A DNA stretch of 64,000 nt. Origin: Octopus sinensis (Eukaryota). Below the pieces are notes generated by a model. It was not told where the DNA came from. It saw only the letters and a list, made by a program, of their open reading frames with translations, and did no database searches. Positions 25,963-40,358 of the stretch are shown here, piece after piece. Numbering within the stretch: the stretch's first letter is position 1; every line of letters begins with the position of its first letter. The stretch lies in NCBI RefSeq assembly GCF_006345805.1, contig NC_042997.1, forward strand, positions 89,156,001 to 89,220,000. Reading direction: 5' to 3'. A program made the translations under genes and the position numbers.

Positions 25963-26752
25963 CATATATACATACATCATCATCATCATCATCATCATCG
26001 TTTAACGTCCGTTATGCCATTAAAACAGATTTACAAATTCAATACCCATACATATCTTACATCTATTTTCTTTCTTCCACCGCACTCTCTATTTGTATTG
26101 CATCGAAACTAACTATGACTTAATTTTTCCTCACACCGTCTCCAATGAAAGGATATCATTAATTAATATCCTAGGAACAGCTGTAAGACCTTCTATCTAT
26201 AAATGCTCCAATATCTATACAGCCTTGGGTTTTTATCTTATTACGCAAAAAATTCTTCTATATATATATACCTATATACTCAATGAGTATTTGAGTATAT
26301 CCTTGAAGAACTATTCTGTCCATCTTGTGTGTGCTTGCTTTCTGCCAATTCATTGTAAGACAGTCTCTTGGGAAGTTGTGTATCAGGCATTTGAATAAAG
26401 CAGCTTGCTCTGACTTGTGCTCTCCTCAGCAATGTGTAAGTGCTTGACAGATCAGCTTGAGAGAGGACCTCTGTGTTTGAGACCTTGTTTACCTAACGAC
26501 TTTATTTCACCAGATACTGTTATCCTATCAGCTTTGAAAAATCTATACCTAACAAAACAAAGTCACTTTGAAGGCTTATAGCCATACCATTAATAAAGAT
26601 ACACACACATAAAAATATATACGTATATACATTCATGTATACACACACACACACACACACATAAAATAAATCCTTTATATAAGCATATGAACAATTAACT
26701 CTTTAGCATTCAGCTTACTTTCTGAAATGTAATGGTTTTTTATTCACATTGT

Positions 26753-26970
26753 TCTTTTCTACTCTAGGCACAAGGGCTGAAATTTTGAGGGAGGGACCAG
26801 TCGATTTGACCGACCCCAGTACGCAACTGGTGCTTAATTTATCGACCCTGAAAGGATAAAAGGCAAAGTCAACCTCAGTGGAATTTGAACTCAGAACGTA
26901 AAGACAGACAAAATACTGCTAAGCATTTTACCTGGCATGCTAACGTTTCTGCCAGCTCGCAACCTTTTAT
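26753..26970 (-). mobile_element. CORE-like-domain SINE inserted into a MITE with ~14-bp TSD
   Basis: Contains CCTTT(C/T)ATCCTTTCAGGGTCGATAAATTAAG-type core on the minus strand and is flanked by the direct repeat TTATTCACATTGTT. Related copies at ~28305(+) and 30165(-). Confidence 0.65.
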
Positions 26971-27321
26971 TTATTCACATTGTTTTGAATCAATCATGCA
27001 TTATCTCATAGCTTCAAGATTTTCATGATGTGATTGCTTATTTTCAGTAGGTGTGAAAGACCAGATCTGACTGGTTTGAACATAGAACAGGAAGAATATT
27101 TAGGTTGGATATGGCCAGTTTTAATGCTAAAAGTCATTCACTGTTCATTAATAAAATTGCTGTGGTCCCTGGTATCAACAAGACACTGAAGTAAATAAGC
27201 ACAGTCAGGAGTCTTGTTGACAGGGGTTACAACATATCTTAGCAGTAGTAAGCTTGAACAGATAACCATGTAATCAATAGAAGCGATGCAGTAAACTTAA
27301 TCTGAAAATTTCAAAATATTT

Positions 27322-27573
27322 CTAAGAGTCATCAGATATCATTTTAAGATCTTCTTCATCTTCTTTCAAAAATTGTTTCTTCAGATTCTCAGGAACAACC
27401 ACATTGCTAAGATCTTCATGTTCTTTTGCTGGTTCATCTCCAATGAGAATGTCAATAAGGTTTTGGATGGCTATGTCATTAGCTTTGTCAGTTTCCCATT
27501 TATGTAGTTCCCGCATGATAATATAAGTGTTCTTTTCTTTGATATAGGTCCGTCCAGCTTTTGTGGCACACAA
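27322..27573 (-). CDS. HGH1: HGH1 homolog, last coding exon (252 nt incl. TAG)
   Basis: Acceptor ctctttcAG (27575-27574), phase 0. Encodes LCATKAGRTYIKEKNTYIIMRELHKWE...LIDILIGDEP..., the HGH1 C-terminal domain motif. Total CDS 667+191+252=1110 nt = 369 aa + stop. Confidence 0.92.
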   Translation of the reverse strand: MCATKAGRTYIKEKNTYIIMRELHKWETDKANDIAIQNLIDILIGDEPAKEHEDLSNVVVPENLKKQFLKEDEEDLKMISDDS

Positions 27574-28685
27574 CTGAAAGAGAAGCATAAATATTAGTTC
27601 ACATTGTTCAAAGATGTTTCTTTTTTCTCAAAGTTTAAGCTTTATTAATAGCCACTTGTATCCTCTGCTGGTCCTTGCTTATCTCTGACATAAATATCAC
27701 CTCTCCACCCCACTTAGTTACAAAGGTTTTTCCTTTCCTGCCTTTATCTCTTTTCTTGTTATTTCCTATCTTGCAAATCATTTGGCAACTCTACAAGTGC
27801 CAGTGGCATAAAAAATCACCCAGTATACATTGTAAAGGGATTAGCATTAGGAAGAGCATCCAGCCATAGAAAGCATGTCAAAGCTGACACAGAACCCAAT
27901 GCAACCTTGTGGTTCACTGGATCAGGTTAAACCGTTCAACCCATGCCAACATGAAACACAGACATTAAATGATGATGATGAATGATGATGGTTTTTCTTT
28001 TAATAAATTTATTTTCAAGTTTTACATCATGGATAATTAGTTTCTTGAGGCATGGAAGCAAATGCTAAAATGATACTAACAGATATCATCTAATTTTAAT
28101 CTATTAATACTGAGGTACAGACATAGCTATGTGGTTAAGAAGTTTGCTTCTCAGCTGCATGGCTTTGGGTTCAGTCCTGGAGTGCAACGTCCTGGACAAG
28201 TGTGTTTTACTATAACTAAATAATGGTGTTGATTTAATTAAGTAATCTCTACCAGCAAATGTGTGACTTTGTGTCAATGTTAGAAATCATTATTATTAAC
28301 TCTAGGTGGCAAGCTGGCAGAATCATTAGCACATCAGGCAAAATGCTTGGTGGCATTTCGTCCATCATTATGTTCTGAGTTCAAATTCCACCAAGGTCAG
28401 CTTTGCCTTTCATCCTTTCAGGGTCAATAAATTAAGTAGCAGTAAAACAGTGATGTAATCGATGTAAAAGTATCGACTAAAACAATTAAGTACCAGTAAA
28501 ATATCGATGGAATCAACCTGTGCCCTGCCACAAAATTTCAGGCTTATTATTAACCCTAGGTGGCAAGCTGGCAGAATTGTTAGCATGTCAGACAAAATGC
28601 TAGATAAAATTTCTTCTGGTTCATTACAAGCTCAAATTCCATCTTGTCCCTTTCCTTGTGCAAAAATTAGAAATAATTATTATAA

Positions 28686-28909
28686 TTAACCCTTTTGATA
28701 CCAACCAGGTTGAGGCCAGCCCTGAGTCTATGATACAAACTTCCTAATTTTAAAATGATCCAAACAAAAACCTTCCATCAAAATTTCATATTAGTTCATG
28801 TTTCAAACACCAGCTTAATAATGACATTATTTTACTAAATTATTATTTTCAAAATTAATTGAAACAATGGCAATGCATTTCAACAGAAATATGGTAACAA
28901 AAGGGTGAA
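28686..28909. mobile_element. piggyBac-like MITE
   Basis: Termini TTAACCCTTTTGATACC / GGTAACAAAAGGGTGAA (TTAA-CCCTT-type ends). Confidence 0.55.
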
Positions 28910-29858
28910 TCTAAGTATAATAGGAGAGTAGTGGATGACTTAATCAGAAGAGCAACAAAACTTTTTTTTGTTGAAGCCTGGTACTTATTCTATCAAACTC
29001 CTTTGCCAAACCATTAAGTTACAGGGATGTAAACACACCAAGACTGGTTGTCAAGCAGCTTAATAATGACAACGTCATTTTACTAAATTATTTGTTATTT
29101 TCAAAATTGAAAAACATACACACAAACACATACATACAATGGGCTTCTTTCAGTTTCCACGTACCAAATCCACTCACATGGTTTTGGTCAGCCCGAGGCT
29201 ATAGTAGAAGACACTTGCCTAATGTGCCACACAATGAAACTGAACCCAGAACCAAGTGACTGGGAAGCAAGCTGTGCCTATAATCCTTCTTCACATTTTT
29301 TTTTTTTTACTTGTTTCAGTCATTTGACTGCGGCCATGCTGGAGCACTGCCTTTAAAAAAATAATGGAAGGCCTTTTCTCAAAATTATTTTCACTTTTTT
29401 TTAATTCATGGCACTACTAGCCAACTGTAGAACTTTGAAGAATTTTATTTCAAATTATGTTCTACTTTCTTTGTAATTTGTTATCATTTGTTTTTGTTTT
29501 CTTGTTTTTCTTCCCCCTGCTAAACCATCTCCAAAAGACTAGTTAACCAAACTGCACCAACAAAGTTGTCCCTTCTGTTTTTTGGGTTTTTTTTTTAATA
29601 TTTTCCATTAAACTAACTGTAAAAGACTTCTTTATCATCACCCCAACTCCTCCAAATCTCTCATTCTCTTTCTCTAAATGTCTCTTTTCATCAGGAAGCA
29701 GGGAATAAAGGAAATGGTACTTTCCAACTAAATTTTTTTTGCATAATTTCAAAATAAACATTACATTTAATGCCAAAAGTTAGATACATATACACACGTT
29801 CATGCATGCACACACATTTTCTTTCCCTCTCTCTAATGTACAATAAAACTTATGCGTG

Positions 29859-29904
<46 letters not shown>

Positions 29905-30039
29905 CATATGTGTGTAAATCATGTGCATGTGTGTATATATATACACATATACATGTATATATACATACATACATGTGTGTATGTAAACATGCATGCATGC
30001 ATGCATACATACATACATACATACATACATACATACATA

Positions 30040-30116
<77 letters not shown>

Positions 30117-31106
30117 TTATTTTAACTTAAATCATGTAAGTGAAAATTAAAACAATTTATTTAATAACAGTTTCCAATGTTGGTACAAGGTCAGCAAGTT
30201 CAGAGAAGTGGGTACATTGATTACATCAACTCCAGTAGTCAAATGGCACTTATTTTTTATCAACCCTGAGAAGTTGACAGGCAAAGCTGACCTCAGAACA
30301 TAAAGATAGACAAAGTGCCACTCAGCATTTTGCCCAGCAATACTAACAATTCTGCAAGCTTATTACCTTAACAAATAATAAAAACAATAATAACAAAAAT
30401 AAAAACAATAATAAAGAATATTTTTTTAAAGCCTGCAAATTTGTAAAGATGGAGCTACAGCTTTAGGACTCATGACAGACTTTCTATCCACATCTAAGTA
30501 TAACAGTCTCAATGCATGTGTTCTGAAGGCTCGATATATGCCCATTACTTCCTACAGCATCTCGTTCTTCAGTTAAATTTCAAAACATGTCACTTTGATT
30601 CCTTCCTTTCAAACTTCAACCTTCTTGAGCAATGATTCTCAACCATTTTTTTGCCTATGGACCACTTTGATTCCTATTTTACTCTCCTGGACATCCATAG
30701 CCATTCAATGTATACAAAAAAAATCCCACAGTATTTTTATTATTAAATGTTATTACAAATTGTATTGAAAAATTATTTTGATATTTTGTTTATTGTGGAA
30801 GTATGAGCAATTCATTGCACATAAATTTTAACAGCAAAATCTTATATGGGCTTCCAAGAGCCACACAGGTCCTAGCTGAGAACCACTGCTCTTGAGCAAC
30901 CCACCTCTACATTCTAGTGGAGGCGCGTGGCTTAGTGGTTAGGGTGTTGGACTCATGATCATAAGATTGTGGTTTCGATTCCTAGACTGGGCACCACATG
31001 TTTTTAAACAAAACACTTCATTTAACATTGCTCCAGTCCACTCAGCTGGCAAAAATTAGTAATCCTGCAAGATCAGCGTCCTGTCCAGGTGGAGAATATA
31101 TATGCC

Positions 31107-31814
31107 GGGTCGTCTGCTGCTAGAGAGGACCGACCAGGTAAAGGACCTGGGTATCTTGGTGGATTCTTCCTTTTCGCCCAGTGCGTCCATGCTGCCAACA
31201 AAGCACGCAGAGTTCTGTTTTTGATTCGACAGTCATTCGGAATGCTCACAGCAGCCATATTCCTACCGCTCTATGTCCCGCTGGTGAAACCCATCTTGGA
31301 GTATGGGATTCAAGTCTCTATTCCTTATCTCCTCAAAGACATACATCATCTCGAAAGAGTCCAGAAGCTGGCTACCCGCATGGTTCTTGGTCTCAAGCAT
31401 TGTCTTATGAAGAAAGGCTGAAGACGCTCGACCTTTATTCTCTAGAAAAACGATGCCGCTGTGGTGATCTCATTCTTGTTCACAACATCATGAGCGGAAA
31501 GTGTAACCTCTCGAAAGAACTGTTCTTCACTCCTGCTCCTGAGCGTCGGCTGCAGGGTCACTCCGAAAAACTCTATCTGCGACGATTTCATCTCAATCGA
31601 AGGAGAGGGGCTTTCTCTGTCCGGGTTGCAGATCCGTGGAATAAGCTGCCGGACGAGATAGTGAAGATGCCGATGACCGCTCGGATCAAAGTCTCTCTTG
31701 ACCAGAAATGGCCTGAACTCTTTGCATGAACACCCTCACTGTACATAACTCCATGTCCCCCTACATGGCCTTGCTTTTTGCTTTTTGAGCCCAAAAATTA
31801 ACTTAACTTAACTT
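31107..31814 (+). mobile_element. 5'-truncated CR1-type LINE inserted into a SINE, with ATGCC target-site duplication
   Basis: KDLGILVD...PILEYG...ERVQKLATRMV...LYSLEKR...FSVRVADPWNKLP and an (AACTT)n tail. ATGCC occurs at 31102-31106 and 31815-31819. SINE sequence lies on both sides (head at ~30916). Confidence 0.85.
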
Positions 31815-33663
31815 ATGCCGTGAAACAGGCCCTTGTGAATCAGTTTGACTCGAGAATGTAACTTTTTTTTTTTTTTTTACCTCTATACAAGCATATACAT
31901 TTACCTATGAACAAACTGAATGTTAATCACACTAATCGCGTTACAGTTGTCTCCCTTGTAGGAGGTTTTTTTAGACAGCTTTGAGCACTGCTCTTTTTAT
32001 TAAACACCGATGGTAAAAGTTTCACTGAACAGCTATGAGTTGGATTTACTTCAAATATACAATGACTATGTAACAACAATAACTATATCTGCATATAGTA
32101 TTTGTTGTTGTTATTTATCCTCAGCTCAACTCTGAACAAGACATTCCAGCTATGATAATCTTATCTTTTTAAGGGCATCTAGACCAGTGCTCCACAACCC
32201 TTTTTCATTTGTGGTACATTTACATTCTTTTCAAATGAGGTTTCAAATTCAGTCCCACTACATAGTACCTCCTACTATAGCCCCAGGTCAACCAACGTTT
32301 TGAGAGAATATTTAGCACATGGAAATTGTGTGGAAGCCCATTGTGTGTATGTGTGTGCGTGTATATATATATATATATCTTGTACTTGTTTCAGTCATTT
32401 GACTGTGGCCATGCTGGAGCACCACCTTGAAGAATTTTAGTCAAACAAATTGACCCCATTACTTATTTTTTTTAAAGTCTGATATTTATTCTATCGGTCT
32501 CTGTTGCCAAACCACAAAGTTACAGGGAGTTAAACACACCAAAACCAATTGCCGAGCCGTAAGGTGGAGGATAAACACAGATACACATATAAATATATGC
32601 ATAAATATATGACAGGTTTCTTTCAGTTTCCATTTATCGAATCCACTCACAAGGCTTTGGTCAGCCTCAGGCTATAGAAGAAACTTGCCCAAAGTGTCAC
32701 GCTGTGGGACTGAACCTGGAACCATGTGGTTGGAAAGCAAGCTTCTTACCACAAAGCCACTCTTGCACCTATATTTTATATGTGTGTGCCTTTGTGCTTG
32801 TTCCCCACACCACTACTAGACAACCAATGTTGGTTTGTTTACATCCCCGTAACTTAACAGTTTGGTGAAAGCGGCTGATAGAATAAATACCAGACTTAAA
32901 ATAGATAAGTATTGGAGTTTATTTGTTTGACTGCACACTTTAAGGAGGTGTCCCAACATAGCCACAACTCATGAATGAAGTAAGGAAAAATAAAAAATAC
33001 CTTAAGAAAGAGAGGACAGAGAACTAAGCTATGCTGTACTCGAGAAGACCTACCCACCACAACAGAACTGAGATTCTAACATCAAGGTGCCACATATAAA
33101 GCACTATGTGAGTGCTGGTGCTGATACCACATAAAAAATACTGGTGCCACCTAAAAAAGCACTGGTGCTGGTGCCATATAAAAAACACTGGTGATGGTGC
33201 CACGTAAAAAGCACCCAGTGCACTCTAGAGTGGTTGGCATTAGGAAGGACATCCAGCTATAGAAACCAAACCAAAACAGACTATGGAACCTGGTGCAGCC
33301 CCTTGCCTTACCAGTTCCTGTCAAGCCGTCCAATCCAAGCCAGGATGAAAAATAGACCTTAAATGTTAATGATGATGATGTTGCTGCTGCTGCTGCTGAT
33401 GATGATGATACCATGACCAATGATCTCAACATGGGGTACATGCAACAGAGATTAGAAACTCACAAATAGGGACAAAGTAGAGATACAATAATGGTAACAG
33501 CAAAAGGACAGCATAAAAACACCAATGGTAACATATTAAGGAGAGCAGTGGAGTGATATGAGACTGCATTGTAGACACATAAGAGACAATAAATGGAAAC
33601 AGATATATTAGAGAAAGCAATGGAAAGGAAACAAGGACAGTGAGGTTAGCAATTAAGTCACAC

Positions 33664-33854
33664 CTGAAAAACTGCATCAATCAATGTTCTTCGTGTTTCT
33701 GGGTCAGTTTCCCGAGTTTTGTCAGGTGAAAGGTACTGGAGATCCAGTGGTAAGCTGGCATTGTCTTCATCATCAAATTCTTCCGGACCAGCCAGAGGTA
33801 AGAGTAGATAAGGCAAAATGTCAACTACGTCACTTAGTAACCAATCGTGGCAAC
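33664..33854 (-). CDS. HGH1: HGH1 homolog, second coding exon (191 nt)
   Basis: Acceptor tttcAG (33856-33855) and donor GTGTGA (33663). Joins exon 1 in phase 1 and encodes (S)CHDWLLSDVVDILPYLLLPLAGPEEFDDEDNASLPLDLQYLSPDKTRETDPETRRTLIDAVFQ, matching the conserved HGH1 'LLLPLAGPE...LP.DLQYL' motif. Confidence 0.92.
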
Positions 33855-35630
33855 CTGAAATAAGAATAAAATGTTGGTTTGTGACCTAAGATATGGTTTA
33901 CACAGAAATAAGAAGGGACAAGATCAAATCCCTTGATGTTGAGTTTCAGAGATGCATTGATATGGAAAGAAGAGTAATAATATGTTGTACAGTTGTCACA
34001 AATCATCTTGTACCAACATGGAAAATAGATTCTTTCAGTGGTTCCAGCTATGCTGGGATATTGCCTTTAAGGGTTTTATCCATCCTAGTACTTTACTTGA
34101 TACTTTTCTCGACTTTGGAGGTAGGCAATAAGTGAAGTTAGTAATGGCGATTAGGCATAAAGGGAAGTAACTGATACAGAGCTCAAAACATCATCCCACT
34201 CTTATTTCTAGCAATGCTGGTGCTAACTAGTACCCATTGTCACTTTAGTGACGTCTATAGTTCTACCTTTCGGTTTTAAATTGCAAATAAACCACTTTTA
34301 TTATTTACACAAACAAACACAACACACGCACACATACATATATACACTACATACATACATGAACACACACATACATACTAGGAAAGACCCTCAGGAGGTC
34401 AATAACATTATTTATGTGACCATTTCTGGTGGTGGATAGTAGTCTCCAGGTTTTTAATATTAAAGGCTTGGGTCTCATTTAACATCCAATCAAAGTTCAA
34501 ATATTAATCTGAGTACTGGTATAGCAAATACATCGTGGGCCACTGATGTTTTGTATGGAGAAAACACTGTGAGTGTTTTCATTCAACATTTTCATTGGTC
34601 ATACTTACCTCGTCACAAATGACATCACAGGATATCTATTGATCCATCCACATAGGATATCAGATAAATAGTCTGACAATTAATAAAGATGTTATTATAG
34701 TGGCTTGTAATTTCCTTTAGTTTCTCATCAGATATGAACACTTATGATGAACAAATTCCACTGCTTTATCCTTTGAGATTGTGAAAACCAGATCAAGGTT
34801 CTTCATATCATTTATAATTTCTGTATATAATCTTCAGGTTGTCTATAAAGATGCTATGTGTCAGGTTAAATGTTTCTGATCTTGTAAGTCATTTATATAC
34901 CTTCACATTTCCTCAAAGAAAAGTAATATGAGATTCATTGCAAGTCCAAACAGCATCATAGAGAGACTGTCTTCCTCAATTGCACCTGGGCAATACTTTA
35001 TCTACCAGAGATAACACAATCACTTCCTGTATTTAACTTAAGGATGATGGCCAGAAGGAAACCAGATTGTTCTATAGTTTTAATTATGGGCTCTAGAAGT
35101 ATTTATGCATGTGTATGTCTGTGTATATGTGTTTTCTTTTATTCTTTTATTTGTTTCAGTCAACTGACTGTGGCCATGCTGGAGCACCGCCTTAAACAGT
35201 TTTAGTCAAAGAAATCGACCCCAAAACTTATTCTCTGTAAGCCTCATACTTATTCTATTGGTCTTTTTTGCCAAACTGCTATGTTACAGTGACATAAACA
35301 CACCAACATCAGTTGTCAAGCAATGGTGGGAGGACAAACACAGACACAGATAAATAAACACATGCATATGTGATGATGTTGTTTTGCATGTGCGTGCGCA
35401 CATGCGTGTGTGCAACTGGCTTCTTTCAGTTTCCATCTACCAAGTCCACTCACAAGTCTTTGGTCAGTATGAACCTATATTAGAAAACACTTGCCCAAGG
35501 TGCTTTGCAGTGGGTCTGAACTCAGATTGCATTGTAACATTACTTTTTTAATAGTGGCATACAGCCATGATGATAATAATGACAAGAAACAAAATATAGT
35601 AACTTCTTTCAACAAAAAAATGTAACTTAC

Positions 35631-36297
35631 TTGTATCAAAGCAACAATTCTTTATAACACCAGCACAGCCTTTCCTTCTGATTGTGGATTTCTCAAAAGA
35701 CAGGAATGATATGAGTTTAGTAATCAGCCGTCTTTCTTTGTCAAGTAATATTGCACGAATTTGAGAAACTTGGGACAAGTTGCACAACACAAGAGATAAA
35801 TGATGCAAATAACAGCCTTTTTTGTTATAATTTAGTTCTACCAAGGCTGAAACTATTTTCTCAACAATACCATTAATTTTGTCTTCAGGAAACCATTTAG
35901 TTATAATGGCAGCACATTGCTCAGTTCGGCTCACATTAGAAAGTAACATACACATCATGTCTGCAGACTCAAATTCCCTGTCAGTAATTTTATCAAAAGC
36001 TTCCAATCCAAAGGCTTTAGCTTCTTGGATTTCCAGGAACTTTTCAGCAATATCAGTATCAGCAAGAATGTTAATTAAAATAGTAAATGCTTGTTTTGAA
36101 ACTGCACAATCAGATTCTGCAGTTAACATCATAAAGTATTTTAAAGTTTCTGATTTTGACAAGACTTTTTTACCGACTTCATGTTCAGAGTATGAAACAG
36201 CAACATCCAATGCCATTTTCTTTACTTCTAATGTAGCAGCAGGCAACAGACAGGGAAGAACTAATGAATTTAGTTCTTTTTCATCAATGTCAGCCAT
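35631..36297 (-). CDS. HGH1: HGH1 homolog, first coding exon (222 codons + 1 nt)
   Basis: ORF MADIDEKELN...LHHLSLVLCNLSQ...RRKGCAGVIKNCCFDT resembles the HGH1/FAM203 N-terminal domain. ATG at 36297. Donor GTAAGT begins at 35630. A polypyrimidine tract and AG acceptor at 36311-36310 lie 12 nt upstream of the ATG, implying an upstream non-coding exon. Confidence 0.92.
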
Positions 36298-36797
36298 TTC
36301 GATAAAGCTCTGAAAAAGAGAGAAAAAACAAGAATTTCAAAAAAAAAGGTTATTCTTTATCAGCTGCAGCATCCTCATCATCACTACTTTTAATGTCCAC
36401 TTTTGCATGCATGCATGGCTCAGAGGAAAATTGACAAGGTATATTTTTCACAGCCCAATGCCTCTCCTGTCACCAACCCTCACCTGTTCCCAAGTAAGGT
36501 AACATTTTCCCATAATCAGACGTTTTTATGAAAGATTGGAAATGACACAACTGTATGACAGTGACATTCGTTTACAATCATCAAGTGATGTCAAACCAAG
36601 GCTGCACTAATTCATATACACATACAGATACATATAATTAATTATATATGTATATAAGTGCAGGTGTGGCTGTATGATAAGCTCGCTTCCCAACCACATG
36701 GCACTTTGAGCAAGTGTCTTCGATTATAGCCTTGGGCTGACCAAAGCCTTGTGAGTGGATTTGGTAGATGGAAATTGAAACAAGCCTGCCTTATATA

Positions 36798-37662
36798 TGA
36801 GGTCTGATCAATAAGTATCTGGACTGTTGCCATAGTAACGAAGCTAAAGCACATAGAGTAAAGCCGCTTGGCAAAGATTAACCTTGAACTCTGCTATGCA
36901 AGTGCACTAAGTTTTAACATTCTACCTCACTTTCACTGTTTACAGCAGTACTTGGAAGGAAGGTGTGTAGCATGTGATTGTTGCATTGACCATGATAGAG
37001 AAAGTTGTCATGGCAATACCTGCTCAAAGGCCTACACAAAGTTGCAGAAAGTGTGTGGAGAAGAATGTATGAGTGATTCAGACGTTTCCAAGATGGCCAA
37101 AAAAATGTCACTATTAACAAATGCTCTGGGAGACCTGCAACCAGCAGAACTGAGAAAAACATCGCAGATGTATGTGCAGCTTTGAGGGAAAAACAACATC
37201 TGTGAGTTATTGGAGGATGTGCAGATTAGTTACAGTTCAGTCCATTATCACTTGAAGATTTAGGTAAGACACACATGTCTGTCAAGTTTGTGCCAAAACT
37301 GCTTTCAGCTGACCAAAGAAACACTCGGGTTTCAGTTGCACAAGATCTCCTTGATTGTGTCAAGAACGATGTAAAACTTTTTGAAAACTTTGTGTAGGCC
37401 TCTGAGCAGGTATCACCAAGCTTTTGGCAAAATTTGATGCAGATTCTCTGCTCAACTTTCTCTGTCATGGTCAATGCGATGATTATATGCTACACACCTT
37501 CCTTCCAAGCACTGCTGTAAACAGCGGAAGTGAGTTAGAACGTTAAAACTTAGTGCGCATGCACAGCAGAGCTCAATGTCAATCTATGTCAAGCAGCTTG
37601 ACTCTGCATGCTTTAGCTTCGTTAATATGGCAACAGTCTGGATACTTATTGTTTGGACCATG
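36798..37662. mobile_element. Mariner-derived fold-back element inserted in a SINE
   Basis: Both ends carry the same ~270-bp mariner 5' segment in inverted orientation. Transposase N-terminus EQRICIKFCQKLGDTCSEAY is on the minus strand; the HTH region through KFVPKLLSADQ is on the plus strand. SINE head lies to the left and SINE body/tail to the right. Confidence 0.8.
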
Positions 37663-38333
37663 TGTATGTACATATATGTTTCTGTGTGTCTTTATGTTGT
37701 ACCCCCACCACTGCTTGACAACTAGTGCTGGTGTGTTTAAGTGTCCAGAATTTAGTAGTTTGGCAAAAGAGAAGGCTAGAATAAGTACCAGACTTTAAAA
37801 AATAAATACTGGGGTTGATACATTCAACTAAAAATTCTTCAAGGAGATGGTCCAGCAAGGCCACAGTCTAATGACTGAAACAAGTAAAAGATAAAAGTTA
37901 TACACACACAAACATTTCTAAGCACATATATGTTCATATATATATATATCATCATCATCGTCGTTTAACGTCCATTTTCCGCACTAGCACGGGTTGGATG
38001 GTTCGACTGGGGTCTGGGAAGCCAGGGGCTGCACCAGGCTCCAGTCTGATCTGGCAGTGTTTCTACAGCTGGATGCCCTTCCTAACGCCAACCACTCCGT
38101 GAATAATAACAAAGGGTGAAATTAATTAATTAAGAAGTAATCAGTAATTTCACCAAGTAGAATTCGGCATGAAAAAGACCATTTCATGGTAAGCTTAAGT
38201 AATACTTTATAATTAAGGTTCAGCAACGATTTGCTTCCCCTTTAAAGTAGAAGGAATAGCTAAGATTTTTTGACTGCTATTTCTAAACTTCGGTATGTGG
38301 TGAAGCAAATCGTTGCTGAACCCTAATTATAAG

Positions 38334-38429
<96 letters not shown>

Positions 38430-38448
38430 TATATTTATACATGATTTA

Positions 38449-38513
<65 letters not shown>

Positions 38514-40315
38514 TATATATATATTTATCTTTCAACTTTTACTTGTTTCAGTCATTGGACTGTAGCCATGCTGGGGCACTAGCTTGAAGAGTTTAGTTCA
38601 ACACATCAACTACAATACATTTTTGCCAACCCACTAATTTATGGGAACATAAACAAACCAACAGCCAAGGTGCCCTCCCCCCCCCAAGGTGCCACACACT
38701 GAGACTGAACCTGAAACTATGTGGTCGGGAAGCAATCTTCTTGCCACTGCCACACAGCCATGTTTGTGCCTATCTATCTATCATCATCATCATTTAACGT
38801 CCGTCGTCCACGCTGGCATGGGTTTGACCGGGCAGGCATGGACCAAGCTCCAGTCTGTTCTGGCAGTTATTTTTAATATTTTTCTTGCTGGATTACATGT
38901 TCATTTCTCATTTCTCTTTTTTTCCATCTGTGATTTTATTTTTGATCATCTATATGAATGAAAATATCTCCTCCATCTGGCTACTTTTCTTTCTACAAAA
39001 CGAGAAGTTACATTGCAGAACTGTTTTAACGAGTTGTATCTATTTATCACCCAACGAGATACATCAGCACCGCGGGATGCTCCTGAACCAGTTGCTGAGT
39101 GTCCCACCCATGAAGGATCGATGGTAGATGTGTTGAAACAACTGTCATGATTAATAATAAATTCTCATATATTCCATCTTCTGTCTTTCATTTGCCATAT
39201 ATGTATATATATATATATATATATTGCAAATAAGAAAATGGAGAAGCACATTAGTTGGTTCATCAACTTTAGGATATTAAAAAGTTGACTTATTTATTTA
39301 TTTATCAAAATGACAACCATAATAACATACATACATATAATATAATTCTATGCATATAAGATAAGAATACAAGCAGTTATTAAAAAGCATGAATATCAAT
39401 TATTAATTATGAAATGTATATATCACAATCATCATAATTTAATGTCCATGTTCCATACTGGTATGCATTGAACGGTTTCGCAAGGATGCATTAAGTCAAT
39501 GACTGCAGAGATATAGGCACATCTTGGCATCTTGTAGTTGAAGCACATCACAAATTAACAAGTCTGCAAACTATCTAGCATCACATCGGCCCTTAAGAAG
39601 ACCTTCTCACAACAAGGAAGAAAAGATGTTATGATCATGTTACAAAATCCAGATGCCCTTACAAAGATCACTCTTCAAGGAACTGTGGAGCGGGAAAGGA
39701 AAAGATGGACAGATAACGTCAAGGGATGAATAAGCAAATCACTAGAAGCCAAGATATGTCACGCTGCCGCAACAGATGGAGAAAGTTAAGCCCTCTTCTG
39801 ACTCCATCAGAAGAGGGCTCAAGAAACAAGCAAGGAAAATAGCAAGAAGGGAGACAACTCATAGAGTTAAGTAGCGTTAAAAGCTAACTTAGAGTATATA
39901 ACATTTACTGTAATACAATAAAATTTAACATGAAACATATAGATTGTTGTAGCAACATTAGATGCACTTCATAATCTTTAGTTTTCTCAGGATAGTAAAA
40001 TATTTAACGTGTTGAATACAAGTATCTCAGTGCAAGATTAGGTTACGCAAAATAGTTAATAGTTGTCTCAATATAATGGCAGGGGAGATAACTCATCCAA
40101 GGTTCTGGTCACAATTCCTGGAAAAATATGTAAATAAAGCAATGCAGATTAAATTGTCTGATTCAAAATTACAGTGGAATTTTTAAAGTCTTAACTCGCA
40201 TCAGTGCACTAATGGTAGTACAATACTTTATATGCTTTAACATTAATTACACCTTTTTCCGTGTAATATATATAAATGTCCTATAAATTCCACAATGCCT
40301 TGGTTTTGTTGTCTC

Positions 40316-40356
<41 letters not shown>

Positions 40357-40358
<2 letters not shown>

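Noticed and set aside
35548-35630. C-terminal extension of the 249-aa ORF (KLHFFVERSYY...)
   Set aside because: Read-through into the intron after the GTAAGT donor; homology continues in the 33854 exon.
35879-36313. 144-aa plus-strand ORF
   Set aside because: Antisense shadow of the HGH1 coding exon.
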